Shown: piece after piece, positions 18,267 to 28,145 of the stretch
Layout of the letters: each line of letters begins with the position of its first letter
Numbering within the stretch: position 1 is the stretch's first letter
NCBI GenBank assembly: GCA_965248365.1
Contig: CBDFJA010000002.1
Span: 773,171-837,170 of the forward strand
Source: Bryobacterales bacterium
GTDB taxonomy: Bacteria > Acidobacteriota > Terriglobia > Bryobacterales > UBA6623
Reading direction: 5' to 3'
DNA: 64,000 nucleotides
The notes under the pieces: model-generated
Database searches by the model: none
The model's input: only the letters and a program-made list of their open reading frames with translations
Told to the model about the DNA's origin: nothing
Made by a program: the position numbers and the translations under genes

Positions 18267-18935
18267 TTAGACAATGCTCCATTCGGGAAGCTGGGCCGTC
18301 GGCGCCAGCGTAAGCGTGGTGGTCATGTCACCTTCCGACTCCAGGCTGACATTACCGACGATACGCACCGTCGCCGAGAAGGGACCACGCCGCATCGACG
18401 GCAACTTGATCGAGTAGTCCCTCGCCGCCGTGACCACTGGGTCGGGCGCCGGGGCCACCTTGACCACGGGCGGGTCCGCGTCGGAGATCGAATCGATGGT
18501 GTATTTCTCGCCGCCGACCTCGATCACCATGCCCACGCCAAACTGGCCGCTGGTGAAATCGGGTTTTTCGCTGCCCGCGAACGTCACCACGCCGGTGGCG
18601 GCAATCGCCACGGTCTCCCCGGTCTTATCGAGGGAGAAAGGCTTCTTCTCCTTGGTGGTGGCGCGGAACCGCAAAATCGTTCCTGCTTGTGAAGCCACCC
18701 TGAGCGCCCGCCAAGCGGAGTGCGCCGGCTGATAGACGGCATTCATTTCGATGGAGGGCACCCGGGGATGCCCCGACCGCTTGGCTACCCCGCTGAATGC
18801 CACAATGTCCCGCTCGGGCGCTTCGCCTCCCGACTCGGTGTAACTGCTGATTCCCGGGATCTCGATCCAGCTTCCAGCGGATTCATGCTCGACCTTGACA
18901 AATTCGCTTCCGTGTACTGTCAGTCCTCCTGCCAT
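18267..18935 (-). CDS. Major tail (tube) protein
   Basis: WIEIPGISSYTESGGEAPERDI tube-protein motif; position. Confidence 0.75.
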   Translation of the reverse strand: MAGGLTVHGSEFVKVEHESAGSWIEIPGISSYTESGGEAPERDIVAFSGVAKRSGHPRVPSIEMNAVYQPAHSAWRALRVASQAGTILRFRATTKEKKPFSLDKTGETVAIAATGVVTFAGSEKPDFTSGQFGVGMVIEVGGEKYTIDSISDADPPVVKVAPAPDPVVTAARDYSIKLPSMRRGPFSATVRIVGNVSLESEGDMTTTLTLAPTAQLPEWSIV

Positions 18936-18966
18936 GATTTCCTCCCTTGTGATTGATTTCTGTTTC

Positions 18967-19437
18967 CTAATCGGCGGCCAGCGCCCTCCGGGTCCGCCGC
19001 GTGGGTCTCTTGGCTCCCGTCAGTTCCTTGACGACCTTTTCGAATCTCTTCCCGGCCGCTTTCGCCGCCGCCTTGACCTGCTTCGCCGCCGTCGTGCGCG
19101 CCGCCGGCTCCAGGAACGGCCGGGCCTTGGTCTTGACCGTTCCGTACTCGACCAGCTTGGCGTGATAGCCCTTGGTGCCCGCCTTCTTACTGCCCGAGGC
19201 GATCACCAGCGCGCCAGGCTTATGTTTCTTCGGTGAACTCCTGACGCGGATCGAGTCCCGCAGATTGCCGGTGCGCACCGGCACAAGCTGTTTGGCCTCG
19301 GCGGCCACTACCCGAGCGGCGGCCCTCATGGCGTCCTGGTGCGCCGTTTCGTCCAGCTTGCCGGGCAGCTCTTCCAAGAACTTGATCGCTTCCCGCACGT
19401 CACGGTCGAAAGCGGTGGTGTCGATCGAGAGTTTCAT
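18967..19437 (-). CDS. HK97 gp10-like tail component
   Basis: PVRTGNLRDSI and VEYGTVKTKARPFLEPA motifs. Confidence 0.88.
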   Translation of the reverse strand: MKLSIDTTAFDRDVREAIKFLEELPGKLDETAHQDAMRAAARVVAAEAKQLVPVRTGNLRDSIRVRSSPKKHKPGALVIASGSKKAGTKGYHAKLVEYGTVKTKARPFLEPAARTTAAKQVKAAAKAAGKRFEKVVKELTGAKRPTRRTRRALAAD

Positions 19438-19856
19438 CAGAGAGTGATCTCCACGGTCCAGATACGGCGGTGAACCTCGACCTCCTCGTCGTAGTCGTCG
19501 ACAGGTCCCGACAAGTCCCGCAGCCTTCCGCCCTCGCGCAATGCCTGGATAGCCTTCTCCCCCAGCTCCGCCGTCCGATCGCAGCCTTGGCCAGGCTCGG
19601 CTCGGAAGTCGAGCCGGAAGGCTCGCGCGACGGCCACCGGGCCTGAAGAGAAGCTCGACACTTCCTCCCCTCCGACCGCCTGATAGACGACGGCGGGGAA
19701 CTCCAGCTTGCCGCTTTCGTCCTCGGGCAGCTGCACGGTGGCATAGACGCGGGGCGGGGCGCCTCCCTGTCCCTCGAGATCCGCCAGGCCCCCGAGGATC
19801 GCCTCCAGATGCCGCTCCGGGGTCAGCCGGAGGCCGGTTTCTGTGTCAATGTCCAT
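19437..19856 (-). CDS. Tail completion/terminator protein (DUF3168-like)
   Basis: FPAVVYQAVGG...FRLDFRA pattern; position. Confidence 0.6.
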   Translation of the reverse strand: MDIDTETGLRLTPERHLEAILGGLADLEGQGGAPPRVYATVQLPEDESGKLEFPAVVYQAVGGEEVSSFSSGPVAVARAFRLDFRAEPGQGCDRTAELGEKAIQALREGGRLRDLSGPVDDYDEEVEVHRRIWTVEITL

Positions 19857-20270
19857 TTACTTCGCCCGGCCTCCGAACTTCTCAGCGGTGCGATATAGTC
19901 CCAATCCCAGCATCGCCATTACCACCGTCACCAACTCCCCGGTTCCAAGTAGCTCGGGCGGGGCGATCCCGGGCGAGAAGATCGCGCAGGCCCACGCCAT
20001 CAGGTCGTGCAGGATGTAGTGCCAGCCCAAGGCGAACCCGCATATCCACCCGATCCAGGGCCGCCAGCCGGCCACGAAGATCGAGCGGTGCATGGCCTCG
20101 ATCTTGTTGAGTTCGATCTGCGCCAGCGAGGGCCGCATCATCAACTTGGCCTTGATGATCTCGGCGGCCCGCTTCTCATCGTCGGTCTCGACGAATTTAT
20201 CGACGATCCCCGCCACGCCCTCGGCCGCCGAGACGATACCTCCGCCGAACAACTTGCCCAACAGGCCCAT
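19857..20270 (-). CDS. 3TM holin (GTA-type holin family)
   Basis: SIFVAGWRPWIGW and AMLGLGLYRTAEK motifs. Confidence 0.88.
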   Translation of the reverse strand: MGLLGKLFGGGIVSAAEGVAGIVDKFVETDDEKRAAEIIKAKLMMRPSLAQIELNKIEAMHRSIFVAGWRPWIGWICGFALGWHYILHDLMAWACAIFSPGIAPPELLGTGELVTVVMAMLGLGLYRTAEKFGGRAK

Positions 20271-20271
20271 C

Positions 20272-20409
20272 TCAGCCTCCCAGCCAGAACCCGAGCCAGA
20301 ACAACCCCAACCCGCCCAGCAAAATAGCCAGGGCCGACCAGGGCTTGTTGGCCAGCACGAACAGCAACGAATCCGTCTTGTTCTCAGCCTTGTCGTAGTA
20401 ATCGGTCAT
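20272..20409 (-). CDS. 45-aa single-TM membrane protein (not in the ORF track)
   Basis: MTDYYDKAENKTDSLLFVLANKPWSALAILLGGLGLFWLGFWLGG*, tightly packed between endolysin and holin. Confidence 0.6.
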   Translation of the reverse strand: MTDYYDKAENKTDSLLFVLANKPWSALAILLGGLGLFWLGFWLGG

Positions 20410-20427
20410 TTCCGTTTTCTCCTTTCC

Positions 20428-20937
20428 TCAAACTGCTTCCTCAATGAACTCCGCCAGCCGCGCCGCCCAGCCCGCCGCGAACGCCGCCTGCGAGGGATCG
20501 CGGGCGATGATCTGCCCGTAAAAGCGGCAGCGCTGGGCCAGTACGCGCTTATAAAGGGTTTCCTCTTCCGCGGCGTTCGCCGCCGCCAGAGTCAGCGGGC
20601 CGAACACGCCGTCCACTCTTGTTCCAACTGCGGCTTGCAGCCAGCGCGCGGCGCGCGAGGGTCCGTGGTTGACCGCGCAATCGGCCACCAGTGACCGCAA
20701 CCGCTGACCGGTAATCCTGTCGAATCCAGGCCCGGTAATGTAGAGCCGCTGGTAGATCAGCCGCGCCTCGCCTTCCTCCAGGGCCCGCAGCTCCTCCACG
20801 GTCACCGGGCGCCCCCGGTATTCCTTCAAAGTCCGTTGGGTGATGCCGTAGTTGGTGGGGCCGCCCTGATCGGCGGGATGATCCACGAAGCCGCCCTCGC
20901 GCCTCAGGATGTGGTCGATGATGGCGGTATCCGTCAT
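20428..20937 (-). CDS. Endolysin, glycoside hydrolase family 108 with a peptidoglycan-binding domain
   Basis: REGGFVDHPADQGGPTNYGIT, DCAVNHG and VDGVFGPLTL motifs; ATG overlaps the upstream TGA. Confidence 0.92.
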   Translation of the reverse strand: MTDTAIIDHILRREGGFVDHPADQGGPTNYGITQRTLKEYRGRPVTVEELRALEEGEARLIYQRLYITGPGFDRITGQRLRSLVADCAVNHGPSRAARWLQAAVGTRVDGVFGPLTLAAANAAEEETLYKRVLAQRCRFYGQIIARDPSQAAFAAGWAARLAEFIEEAV

Positions 20938-21224
20938 CAGTCCCTTTTCGCTCCGATCCGCTCCTCGATCCGTCCCAGCAGGACCTTGATCTCGTTGAGG
21001 CATTTCCTGACTTCCCCCAGCCCGTCCGAGTACTTGCCCATGCGCTCGTCGCCCACGTCGAGCCGATGGTCTATGTTGTTGAGCCGGGCATCGACCCGCG
21101 CCCGCCAGGCCACCGATTCCTTCAGCCCGGCGGTCGTGCGCTGCCACAGCAGCACGGTTCCGCCTACGAGCGGCACTAGCACCGCCAGGGCGGTCAACAG
21201 GTGATCGGCGTCTATCTCGGGCAT
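20937..21224 (-). CDS. Membrane protein, TM plus coiled coil (holin/antiholin-like)
   Basis: N-terminal TM helix followed by a heptad-rich region; directly upstream of the endolysin. Confidence 0.55.
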   Translation of the reverse strand: MPEIDADHLLTALAVLVPLVGGTVLLWQRTTAGLKESVAWRARVDARLNNIDHRLDVGDERMGKYSDGLGEVRKCLNEIKVLLGRIEERIGAKRD

Positions 21225-21242
21225 TGCGCGTGTTCCTTTCCG

Positions 21243-21563
21243 CTAATTTGCCGCCTTGGCGGCGATCTCCAGGGCGCGCTTGCGCCCCAGCCCGCTCATC
21301 TCGCGGATCGAGCGGATATCGTAGTTGCGGCCCCGGTAGAGAATCCGGTCGGCTGTCCGCAGGTCCTCGCGGTAGCGGATAACGAACAGCGCGTCGGCCA
21401 GCGATATCTCGGCCGAGCCGCCCCCCAGCAACTCCCTGCCGCCGCGCTCGATGACCTGGGCCGCTACCCCAGCGGCGTAATCGCTCCAACTCCTCGAGCG
21501 GTCCTGGTGGGTCGTCACCCGCTGAATCGTGATCTCGCGGTCGAGCCGCCCGGCCCGCATCAC
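21243..21563 (-). CDS. Head closure/head-tail adaptor (SPP1 gp16-like)
   Basis: MRAGRLDREITIQ and FVIRYREDL...RILYRGRNYDI motifs. Confidence 0.88.
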   Translation of the reverse strand: MMRAGRLDREITIQRVTTHQDRSRSWSDYAAGVAAQVIERGGRELLGGGSAEISLADALFVIRYREDLRTADRILYRGRNYDIRSIREMSGLGRKRALEIAAKAAN

Positions 21564-22147
21564 ACCCTCACCATCCGATAGGGGTTGAGCAGCGCTTCAG
21601 CGCCCCGTGGCAGCTTGACGGCAGTCTCGCCGATCACGATGTCCTCGCGGTGCTCGTAAAAACTGCCAACGAGCAGCAGCATTGCGAAGCGGATGTCCTC
21701 GGGCACCTTGGACCCGGCGGGGCCGTATCCGGCGGTGAAGCGCACCCTCACCGCAGCCGTCACGGCCCGGGCCGGGGGCCACGCCCCTCCCTGCACTGGC
21801 GTGATCCTCCCCGGCTCGCTATCCGCATCCACCCGGTACTTCCCGGCCGCCAAGACTTGCGTCCCGCCCGCGCTGTCGATGTAGGTGATGCTCTCGACCG
21901 ATTTGAGCGGCGGGCGCGGAACCTCGATTTCCCCAACAGGAAACCGGTCCAGGCCCAGCTCCCAGGCCTGCGTGATCAGCGCCCGGGCGGTGTAGGTTTC
22001 CGCCCAGTGCCGGGCGGCCTTGATCAGGCGCCCGATCAGCGCATCGCCAGCCGCGTTCTGGACCCTAAGGTGAGCCTTGGCCTCCTCCAGTGTCAGCGGC
22101 TCTTTGGCGGGTCCCGTGACCCGGGTCAGCGCGTAGCGCGGTTGCAT
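21560..22147 (-). CDS. Head-tail connector (gp6-like)
   Basis: EPLTLEEAKAHLRV and VPEDIRFAMLLLVGSFYEHRE motifs. Confidence 0.9.
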   Translation of the reverse strand: MQPRYALTRVTGPAKEPLTLEEAKAHLRVQNAAGDALIGRLIKAARHWAETYTARALITQAWELGLDRFPVGEIEVPRPPLKSVESITYIDSAGGTQVLAAGKYRVDADSEPGRITPVQGGAWPPARAVTAAVRVRFTAGYGPAGSKVPEDIRFAMLLLVGSFYEHREDIVIGETAVKLPRGAEALLNPYRMVRV

Positions 22148-22160
22148 GCCGCGGCAGCCC

Positions 22161-22367
22161 CTATTTCTTCGCCCGCCTTGATCTTCCCGGCCGCGCCGCC
22201 GCCTTCTCGGGCTGCTTGATGGCCGCCGTCTCGATAGCGGCCTTCACCGGCTGGGCGTAGCCTCCCTTGATCAACGGCACGGCCGTTTCGTTGTCCAGCT
22301 CGACCTCCTGGCCGGCCAAGGCCGACACTTCCGGCCCGGCCATGGTGGTGATCATCCTGACTCGCAT
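22161..22367 (-). CDS. Small phage hypothetical protein
   Basis: 68-aa ORF in the head module. Confidence 0.55.
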   Translation of the reverse strand: MRVRMITTMAGPEVSALAGQEVELDNETAVPLIKGGYAQPVKAAIETAAIKQPEKAAARPGRSRRAKK

Positions 22368-22442
22368 GGTGTTCTCCTTCCTCCTTGTGATTCAGGCAGG
22401 GCGAGCGCGTAGCCTCGCCCCGCTAGAGATAAGGCGCCCGGC

Positions 22443-22883
22443 TTATGCCGTGCCCTCGGCCGGGCCGGCGTGCGCCTCGGACGCCACGACCGTCGAGTCA
22501 TGAGCCGCCGGCATCTTGCGCGGCCCGTACTGGATGGCGACAACGCCATCGATCACGGCGTTGGCCGTCGCCCGGGAGGCCACGCAACGGACGTAGCGCT
22601 CCCGGGGGTTCTTGATATCCAGGACCAGAGCCTTGTTGCTGTCCTCGTCGTCGAGCGGCCCGGCCTCGGTGCCCTCCAGGTCGGAGAACCCCGAGGACTT
22701 GGCCCCGCTCTGCTGGGCCTTGATCGAGGTGACCTGAGTGGCGGTCAGCGCGCCGAACAGGGCCACGAACATGACCCCCTCCCAGTTCTGCATATCAACA
22801 GTGGTGCCGTTCTGGGCGGTCGCGCCGGCCGCCTTGGCGTTCATGACGCGGGCAATCTTGGTGTTTTTGGCAAGTGCAAGCAT
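22443..22883 (-). CDS. Phage protein after the capsid gene (possible decoration protein)
   Basis: 146-aa beta-rich ORF directly after the major capsid gene. Confidence 0.55.
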   Translation of the reverse strand: MLALAKNTKIARVMNAKAAGATAQNGTTVDMQNWEGVMFVALFGALTATQVTSIKAQQSGAKSSGFSDLEGTEAGPLDDEDSNKALVLDIKNPRERYVRCVASRATANAVIDGVVAIQYGPRKMPAAHDSTVVASEAHAGPAEGTA

Positions 22884-22921
22884 GTTGTTTTCTCCTTTCT
22901 GTTGTTTTCTCCTTTCTTCGG

Positions 22922-24160
22922 TTAGCTCAGCTTCACCCGCACGAACGCTTCCTCGAGCACCGGCATGGCGTCGGTGGCTGCGCGCAGGATCAGGCCAACC
23001 TGGTTGGTCTCGGCATAGAGTTCAACCAGCCGCTGCACCTGCATCTGGATGTCGTCGGCGATCCAGTAGTAGGAAAAGTCCCCTAGGATTCCGACGTAAA
23101 GCCCCGTGGTGAAGGTGTTGGGCACGAACTCGGACTCGAAGTAAGGCAGCCCCAGCAGCCGGTCCGGTTCGCCGACCTGCACTGACTGTTGCCAGATGTA
23201 GCGGTTGTCGCTGTCCTTGATCTTCGAGAGCTGCTTGATGGCGTCGCGGTGGAACAGCCAGCGGGCGTTACGCCGGTGGCCGGCCTTGAGCTTGAACTTG
23301 GCGTTCTGCAGCCCATCGAAGGTGACGGCCGAGGTGGTGTTGTCCGTGCTGATGTCGCGCGAGGTCGAGATGCCGTCGGCCGAGGCTACGAAGACGCCCA
23401 GCGGCCGTCCCGCCCCGGAGCCGATCAGGAATGCCTTCTCCTGCGTGATGGCGAACTTGTAGGCCAGCCGCTCCCGCACGATCGATTCGACCGGCAGGGT
23501 CGAGCGGCGCAGCAGCTCGTTCGAGATCTTGATGCGCTTGGCCAGCGGGTGAGGATGAAGCGCCCGCTTGCCGAAAGCCATCGAGTCGTCCTCGTTGCCG
23601 GTGGCCAGCTCGGTGGTCCAGTCGGCGTCGCCGGGATCGGCGTCGAGCGAGGGGATGCCCAAGCTCTCTGCTCCGGCGACCTGCTGAGTCGTCGACCAGG
23701 TACGGATAAACGCCAGGTCGTCGATGTTTTTGATCAGCTCGGCGATGAAGCGCTCGGGAGCGACCAGGTAGCCGCCCTCGGTGTCGATTCCGGCCGAGAG
23801 GGAGCGGAATTCGCGGTAGCCGTCCGGGTCGCCTTGGGCGGCTCCGGTCGCGCCGTTCCTCAGCCAACTCCTGAAGCCGTCATAGGACAGCGCCGCCTGG
23901 TCGCGGGTCTCGCGGCCCGCGCCGCCGTCGCGCTGCTGGGGCCGGCCTCCATCGGCGGCCGCGACCGAGCGCTCCAGCTCGATCTGGCGCCGCTCGCGCT
24001 CGATCCCGCCGGCGAGCTTGCCCGCCTCCGCGATCAGCCCGTCGTATTGCCCGGACTCCTCCTCGCTCAGGTCGCGCTTTTCCTTTTCGGCCTTGTCCAG
24101 GATCGCCCGCGCGTCGGCGATCAGCTTGGCCCGTTGTTCCTGCAGCTCTTTCAATTTCAT
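22922..24160 (-). CDS. Major capsid protein, HK97 fold
   Basis: N-terminal coiled-coil delta domain; GGYLVAPE, IGSGAGRPLG and ILGDFSYY motifs. Confidence 0.96.
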   Translation of the reverse strand: MKLKELQEQRAKLIADARAILDKAEKEKRDLSEEESGQYDGLIAEAGKLAGGIERERRQIELERSVAAADGGRPQQRDGGAGRETRDQAALSYDGFRSWLRNGATGAAQGDPDGYREFRSLSAGIDTEGGYLVAPERFIAELIKNIDDLAFIRTWSTTQQVAGAESLGIPSLDADPGDADWTTELATGNEDDSMAFGKRALHPHPLAKRIKISNELLRRSTLPVESIVRERLAYKFAITQEKAFLIGSGAGRPLGVFVASADGISTSRDISTDNTTSAVTFDGLQNAKFKLKAGHRRNARWLFHRDAIKQLSKIKDSDNRYIWQQSVQVGEPDRLLGLPYFESEFVPNTFTTGLYVGILGDFSYYWIADDIQMQVQRLVELYAETNQVGLILRAATDAMPVLEEAFVRVKLS

Positions 24161-24183
24161 GGGTCTCCTCCTTGGTTGATGTC

Positions 24184-24765
24184 TTAGCCCGTCAGCTCCA
24201 GCCTTCGCCTGCCCAGATTCCGCCGCCAGGAAACGGGCGGCTTGAGGGCTTCGCGGAACGCCGTGAGCGCTCTCACTGCTACGTCAGTCTGGGGATAAGC
24301 CGGGAAGGTCACCGGCGATACGTCGAACAGCCGCACCGCCTTGAGCGTTCTCACCGTCTCGCCGTCCTCGATGTTCCATTCGTCGGTGATCGTGCGGAAG
24401 CCGAACGACATGCCGGACATGTCGCCACGGCCGATCGAAGCGGCGAGATCCCGGGCATAGCTGGTGTCGGGCGGGGTGATGCGCACCGAAAGACCTTCCC
24501 CGTCCTCGGCCAGCTTGAGCGTGCCCGCGCGGTTGCGCCCCAAAACATAATCGGGCGAGTGGTTGATCAGCGCCCGGATGTCGTCCTCCGCTATGGTCGC
24601 GGCAAACGCGCCCTGCGCAACCCGCTCCCGGAAGCCGCCCAGGTCTTCGCTGAGCGCATCGAAAACCGCCGCGCGGCCCACGATCACAGGCAGGCCGCCG
24701 CCCTCCGGCGGCTCGGCCCTCAGCTCGGCCGTGTTCCAGGATCGGCGCTCCAGCTCATCCCTCAT
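24184..24765 (-). CDS. Prohead protease, HK97 family
   Basis: GRAAVFD, LINHSPDYVLGR, GMSFGF and DVSPVTFPAY motifs. Confidence 0.95.
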   Translation of the reverse strand: MRDELERRSWNTAELRAEPPEGGGLPVIVGRAAVFDALSEDLGGFRERVAQGAFAATIAEDDIRALINHSPDYVLGRNRAGTLKLAEDGEGLSVRITPPDTSYARDLAASIGRGDMSGMSFGFRTITDEWNIEDGETVRTLKAVRLFDVSPVTFPAYPQTDVAVRALTAFREALKPPVSWRRNLGRRRLELTG

Positions 24766-26032
24766 CGCCGTCCTCCGGTTGTTGAGTCTCTTCTTCCACT
24801 CCGCCGCCTTTGATTGCCTCCAGCAGCGACATCATCGGCTGCATGTTGACCGGCGAGACATAGACGTCGCCCTCGGGTCCGATCGGGTTCTGTCCCTCTC
24901 TCTCCCTGACGTCGTTGGGCGAGTACCAGCCCCACTGAATGCCCTTGGCGTTGGCCTCGGTGCGGGTCTTGATGTCGCCGCGCAGCAATTCCGCGAAGTC
25001 GAACCGCGCCAGCAAGGTTCTACGGCCCGACGAGGTCAGCAGGTCCCTGGCGATGGCGTCCTCGACACTGTGCGCCAGCGGCATCAACGTGTCCGTGACC
25101 CACTCCCGGTTCTGGTGCTCGATGTTGTTGAGCGTCATCTGCGTCTTGATGCCGATCTTGTGCGGGGGCGTCCGAAACAGCCGCGAAATCTCCAGGTCCG
25201 TCATGCCCCGCAGTTCGAGCCACTGCGCGTCGGCATTCGTCATCCCGAGCGTCGCCACATCCATGCCCTCTTCGAGCACCGCGACGCCGTGACGCTCGGG
25301 GCCGCCATAGTTCTTCCGCCACGATGCCTTGAGGTTCTGTTGCCCGGAGTCGTCCAGCACCCCAGGGTGCTTGAGCACCACGCTGGGCCTGGCGTCGTTG
25401 GCGAAAAACCGCGCCCCGTAGTCCCGCGCCGCCAGCGCCATGCCGAAGGTCTCGCGGTGCAGCTCGATCGGCGAGGCTCCCAGCAACCCGTCTCTGATCA
25501 GCGGCCCGCGCACGTGAAACACCTCGCCGGACAGCAGGATCTCCCGCCCGCCTGCCAGGGGGTGGTGTTCATACGCCGGGAGGCCGCCTGACCAAAACGG
25601 CCGCACCTGATCCGGTACGAACGGTTCCAGACCCACCGTCTGACCGGCGCCGTTCCTCACGATCCGCGAGTAGTGGTTGCCGCGCAGCTGGACGTGCCAA
25701 ATCAACATGCGCCAAAACTCGAACGGGGTTTGCCAGCCATTGGGCTTGCGCAACAGCACCTCGTGGAGGGGATGGCCGGCGGCCTCTTCGCTGCGCCGCC
25801 GGCCCGCCTCGTCCCGCGCCACCCGTTTCAGCACGCAGGGCAGCGAGGCGATGGTGTCCGCCGTATTGCGAACACAGGCGTAGACAGCCGAGGCTCCCAG
25901 CGCGGTCTTGACCGTCACTGGCTGTCCTGACGCGCTGATGCCGGCCGCCCCCAGCCACTCGGCCGGCACCGGGTCCCGGGGCGGCCCCTGGGCATCCTTA
26001 CCGGTTCTTGTCTCGATCAGATGGCTCAACAT
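24755..26032 (-). CDS. Portal protein, HK97 family
   Basis: ASAVYACV, PNGWQTPFEF, FANDARPSVVL and SPNDVREREG motifs. Confidence 0.96.
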   Translation of the reverse strand: MLSHLIETRTGKDAQGPPRDPVPAEWLGAAGISASGQPVTVKTALGASAVYACVRNTADTIASLPCVLKRVARDEAGRRRSEEAAGHPLHEVLLRKPNGWQTPFEFWRMLIWHVQLRGNHYSRIVRNGAGQTVGLEPFVPDQVRPFWSGGLPAYEHHPLAGGREILLSGEVFHVRGPLIRDGLLGASPIELHRETFGMALAARDYGARFFANDARPSVVLKHPGVLDDSGQQNLKASWRKNYGGPERHGVAVLEEGMDVATLGMTNADAQWLELRGMTDLEISRLFRTPPHKIGIKTQMTLNNIEHQNREWVTDTLMPLAHSVEDAIARDLLTSSGRRTLLARFDFAELLRGDIKTRTEANAKGIQWGWYSPNDVREREGQNPIGPEGDVYVSPVNMQPMMSLLEAIKGGGVEEETQQPEDGDEG

Positions 26033-26183
26033 GATCCAGGCTCAAACTCAATCGCCAGGCGTCGAACAACATGAAGGCGCCGGCGAAGATCGGCGCCGCC
26101 GGCGGCCACCAAAGATACAGCCCCAAGGCGGCAAGCGCTGCTCCCGCCAGCCCGTAAACAGACACCACCCATCTCGCCCGCAT
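25998..26183 (-). CDS. Small two-TM phage protein
   Basis: Hydrophobic 61-aa ORF between terL and portal, a common arrangement. Confidence 0.6.
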   Translation of the reverse strand: MRARWVVSVYGLAGAALAALGLYLWWPPAAPIFAGAFMLFDAWRLSLSLDHVEPSDRDKNR

Positions 26184-26184
26184 C

Positions 26185-27732
26185 TCAGATCACCAGCAGC
26201 CCGCGCCGGTTGTAGACGCTTTCTTCAGGCTCAGGGGCCGCGTGTTCGGCCACGCTGCGCGCCATCAGCAGCGCCACGATGCCGTCAATGCGGTCCGTCT
26301 CATGGCGCTTGACCGGCTTGCGGTTGCCCGCCGGATCGGTCAGGACTTTGGTGTTCTTGTTGCACCAGGCCAGTAGCGGGTGACCGCCATGGGCGACCTT
26401 CTCGTTCAGCAGGTCGGACTCAAGCGTGCGCACTGCCGGCGACATGCTCTTGTAGCCTTGGCCGAACATCTCAAACAGCGCCCCGTCGCCCTCCAGCTGC
26501 CACTCGGAAAACCCCGCCTCCCCGAGTGCCCGCTTGAACTGATTGAAGTTCCAGCGGTCATACGCAATCTTGCGCACGTCCATCTCGTTACAGGCCTTGA
26601 TCAGATGCTCGGCGAGGTAGCCATATTCGATGGTCTTGCCCGGCGTGGTCTCCAGGTACCCCTGCCGGCGCCACAGGTCGTAGGGCGCCCCGTCCGTCCG
26701 CGCTTTTTCCCACAACGCATCCTCGGGCAACCAAAACGTCGGGCGTACCTGCCACACCCCGTCCTTCGGCGCCACCCAGACCAGGGCCGTCAGGTCGTTG
26801 CTGGCCTCCCCTAAATCCAACCCTCCCCAAACCCCAAGTCCCGAGAAATCCGCCACCGGCCCGCTGCTCTCCATCCAAACGCCGTGTGGAATGAACGGCG
26901 AGGCGCGTTCGACCCGCTGGTTGAGCATCAGGTTCAGGTACGCCGCCTGACGGCTTGGCATCCGTTTGGCCGCGGCTGCCTGGCCCTTGACCTCATCGGC
27001 GGAAAGAAAACAGCCGTAGGCTGGATTCGCCTGCCGGATCGCCTTGACCGTAAACGGGTTGATTTCCGGGTCCGCCGCGTACAGGACCACGACGACACGG
27101 GGATCGTTCCCCTCCACTGCGTCATCGATCAGCACCGACAATAGATCCGCATCCGTCGGCGCCTGCGTCGAAATCACGATCGACAGCGGGTTTCGATGCG
27201 CGCCCATGGCCGTCTCCAGTGCCTCGTAGAGTTCCGAGCGCGGCCCCTTCACTTGCCCCAGCTCGTCGTGAACGACGAACACCGGCGATAGCCCATAGGC
27301 CGTCTTCGCCTCCGCGCTCAGAGCCTGGTAGAGCGTCCCCAGCTCTTGGCAAAACAGCTGCTTGGTGGAGTCCCGGACGATCACCACGTCATGGAGATCC
27401 GGCGACATCCGCACCATCTTGGCCGCCAGGTCGAACAGCAACGCGGCCTGATTGCGCGATTGCGCCGCGCTGTTCAAGCGTGAATTCGGGCGCGCTTCGG
27501 GGCCGGCCAGATGCAGCAGCAGCAGGCAAGCCGCCAGCGTCGTCTTGGCGTTCTTGCGCCCAAGCGACACGATCGCCTGCCTGGTCCCGTGGGGATTGTC
27601 GTAGATCTTCCGCAGCAGATTCTTTTGGAACGGGCGCAGCTTCAGCCTCCGGCCCACGTGCATGCCTTCCGGCACGCGGCAATACCGCTCGATCCACTTG
27701 ACGTTCCGTGCGCTGCGTTTCAGCTCTCCCAT
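26185..27732 (-). CDS. terL: Terminase large subunit
   Basis: Walker A GRKNAKT, Walker B VVHDE, nuclease GGLDL and RIDGIVALLMA motifs. Confidence 0.96.
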   Translation of the reverse strand: MGELKRSARNVKWIERYCRVPEGMHVGRRLKLRPFQKNLLRKIYDNPHGTRQAIVSLGRKNAKTTLAACLLLLHLAGPEARPNSRLNSAAQSRNQAALLFDLAAKMVRMSPDLHDVVIVRDSTKQLFCQELGTLYQALSAEAKTAYGLSPVFVVHDELGQVKGPRSELYEALETAMGAHRNPLSIVISTQAPTDADLLSVLIDDAVEGNDPRVVVVLYAADPEINPFTVKAIRQANPAYGCFLSADEVKGQAAAAKRMPSRQAAYLNLMLNQRVERASPFIPHGVWMESSGPVADFSGLGVWGGLDLGEASNDLTALVWVAPKDGVWQVRPTFWLPEDALWEKARTDGAPYDLWRRQGYLETTPGKTIEYGYLAEHLIKACNEMDVRKIAYDRWNFNQFKRALGEAGFSEWQLEGDGALFEMFGQGYKSMSPAVRTLESDLLNEKVAHGGHPLLAWCNKNTKVLTDPAGNRKPVKRHETDRIDGIVALLMARSVAEHAAPEPEESVYNRRGLLVI

Positions 27733-28145
27733 GGCTTCCGCACCGCCTCGCGCGTCCTGTTCCCGCGATGGTTCCTCGCCGCCTGCTGCGTGATCCGCAT
27801 CTTCGTCGCCAAACTGGCCATCGCGCGGCTTTCCCGCTCCCGCATTTTCAGCAGCCGGTCGTAGTCGTTGATCTTCAAGTCCGGGTCCTTCGTGGCTTCT
27901 TCAATCAGCCCCCTCAACCGGCGCGCCTCGACGACGTGAGCGCAATACTGCTCCAGCACCGCCGGCATCCCGCCCTCAAACCAGTCAGCCGGCAGGCTGT
28001 CGACCACGCTCTCCCAAACCGCCCCTTCCACATCCCCGAGATGGTTAGGCGGGGCCGGCCGCTCGGCCCGCTCAATCGCCGAGGGGCCGGGATGCAATGG
28101 AACGACCGCCAGCTGAGCAGCTGATTTCCGTCCGCGCTTGGCCAT
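27720..28145 (-). CDS. terS: Terminase small subunit (P27-like)
   Basis: PAPPNHL...VWESV...LEQYC motif; overlaps the terL start. Confidence 0.85.
   Translation of the reverse strand: MAKRGRKSAAQLAVVPLHPGPSAIERAERPAPPNHLGDVEGAVWESVVDSLPADWFEGGMPAVLEQYCAHVVEARRLRGLIEEATKDPDLKINDYDRLLKMRERESRAMASLATKMRITQQAARNHRGNRTREAVRKPWES

Noticed and set aside
17573-19856. Tailocin or contractile injection system
   Set aside because: No sheath or baseplate wedge genes; capsid, portal and terminase are present, so it is a siphovirus-type particle
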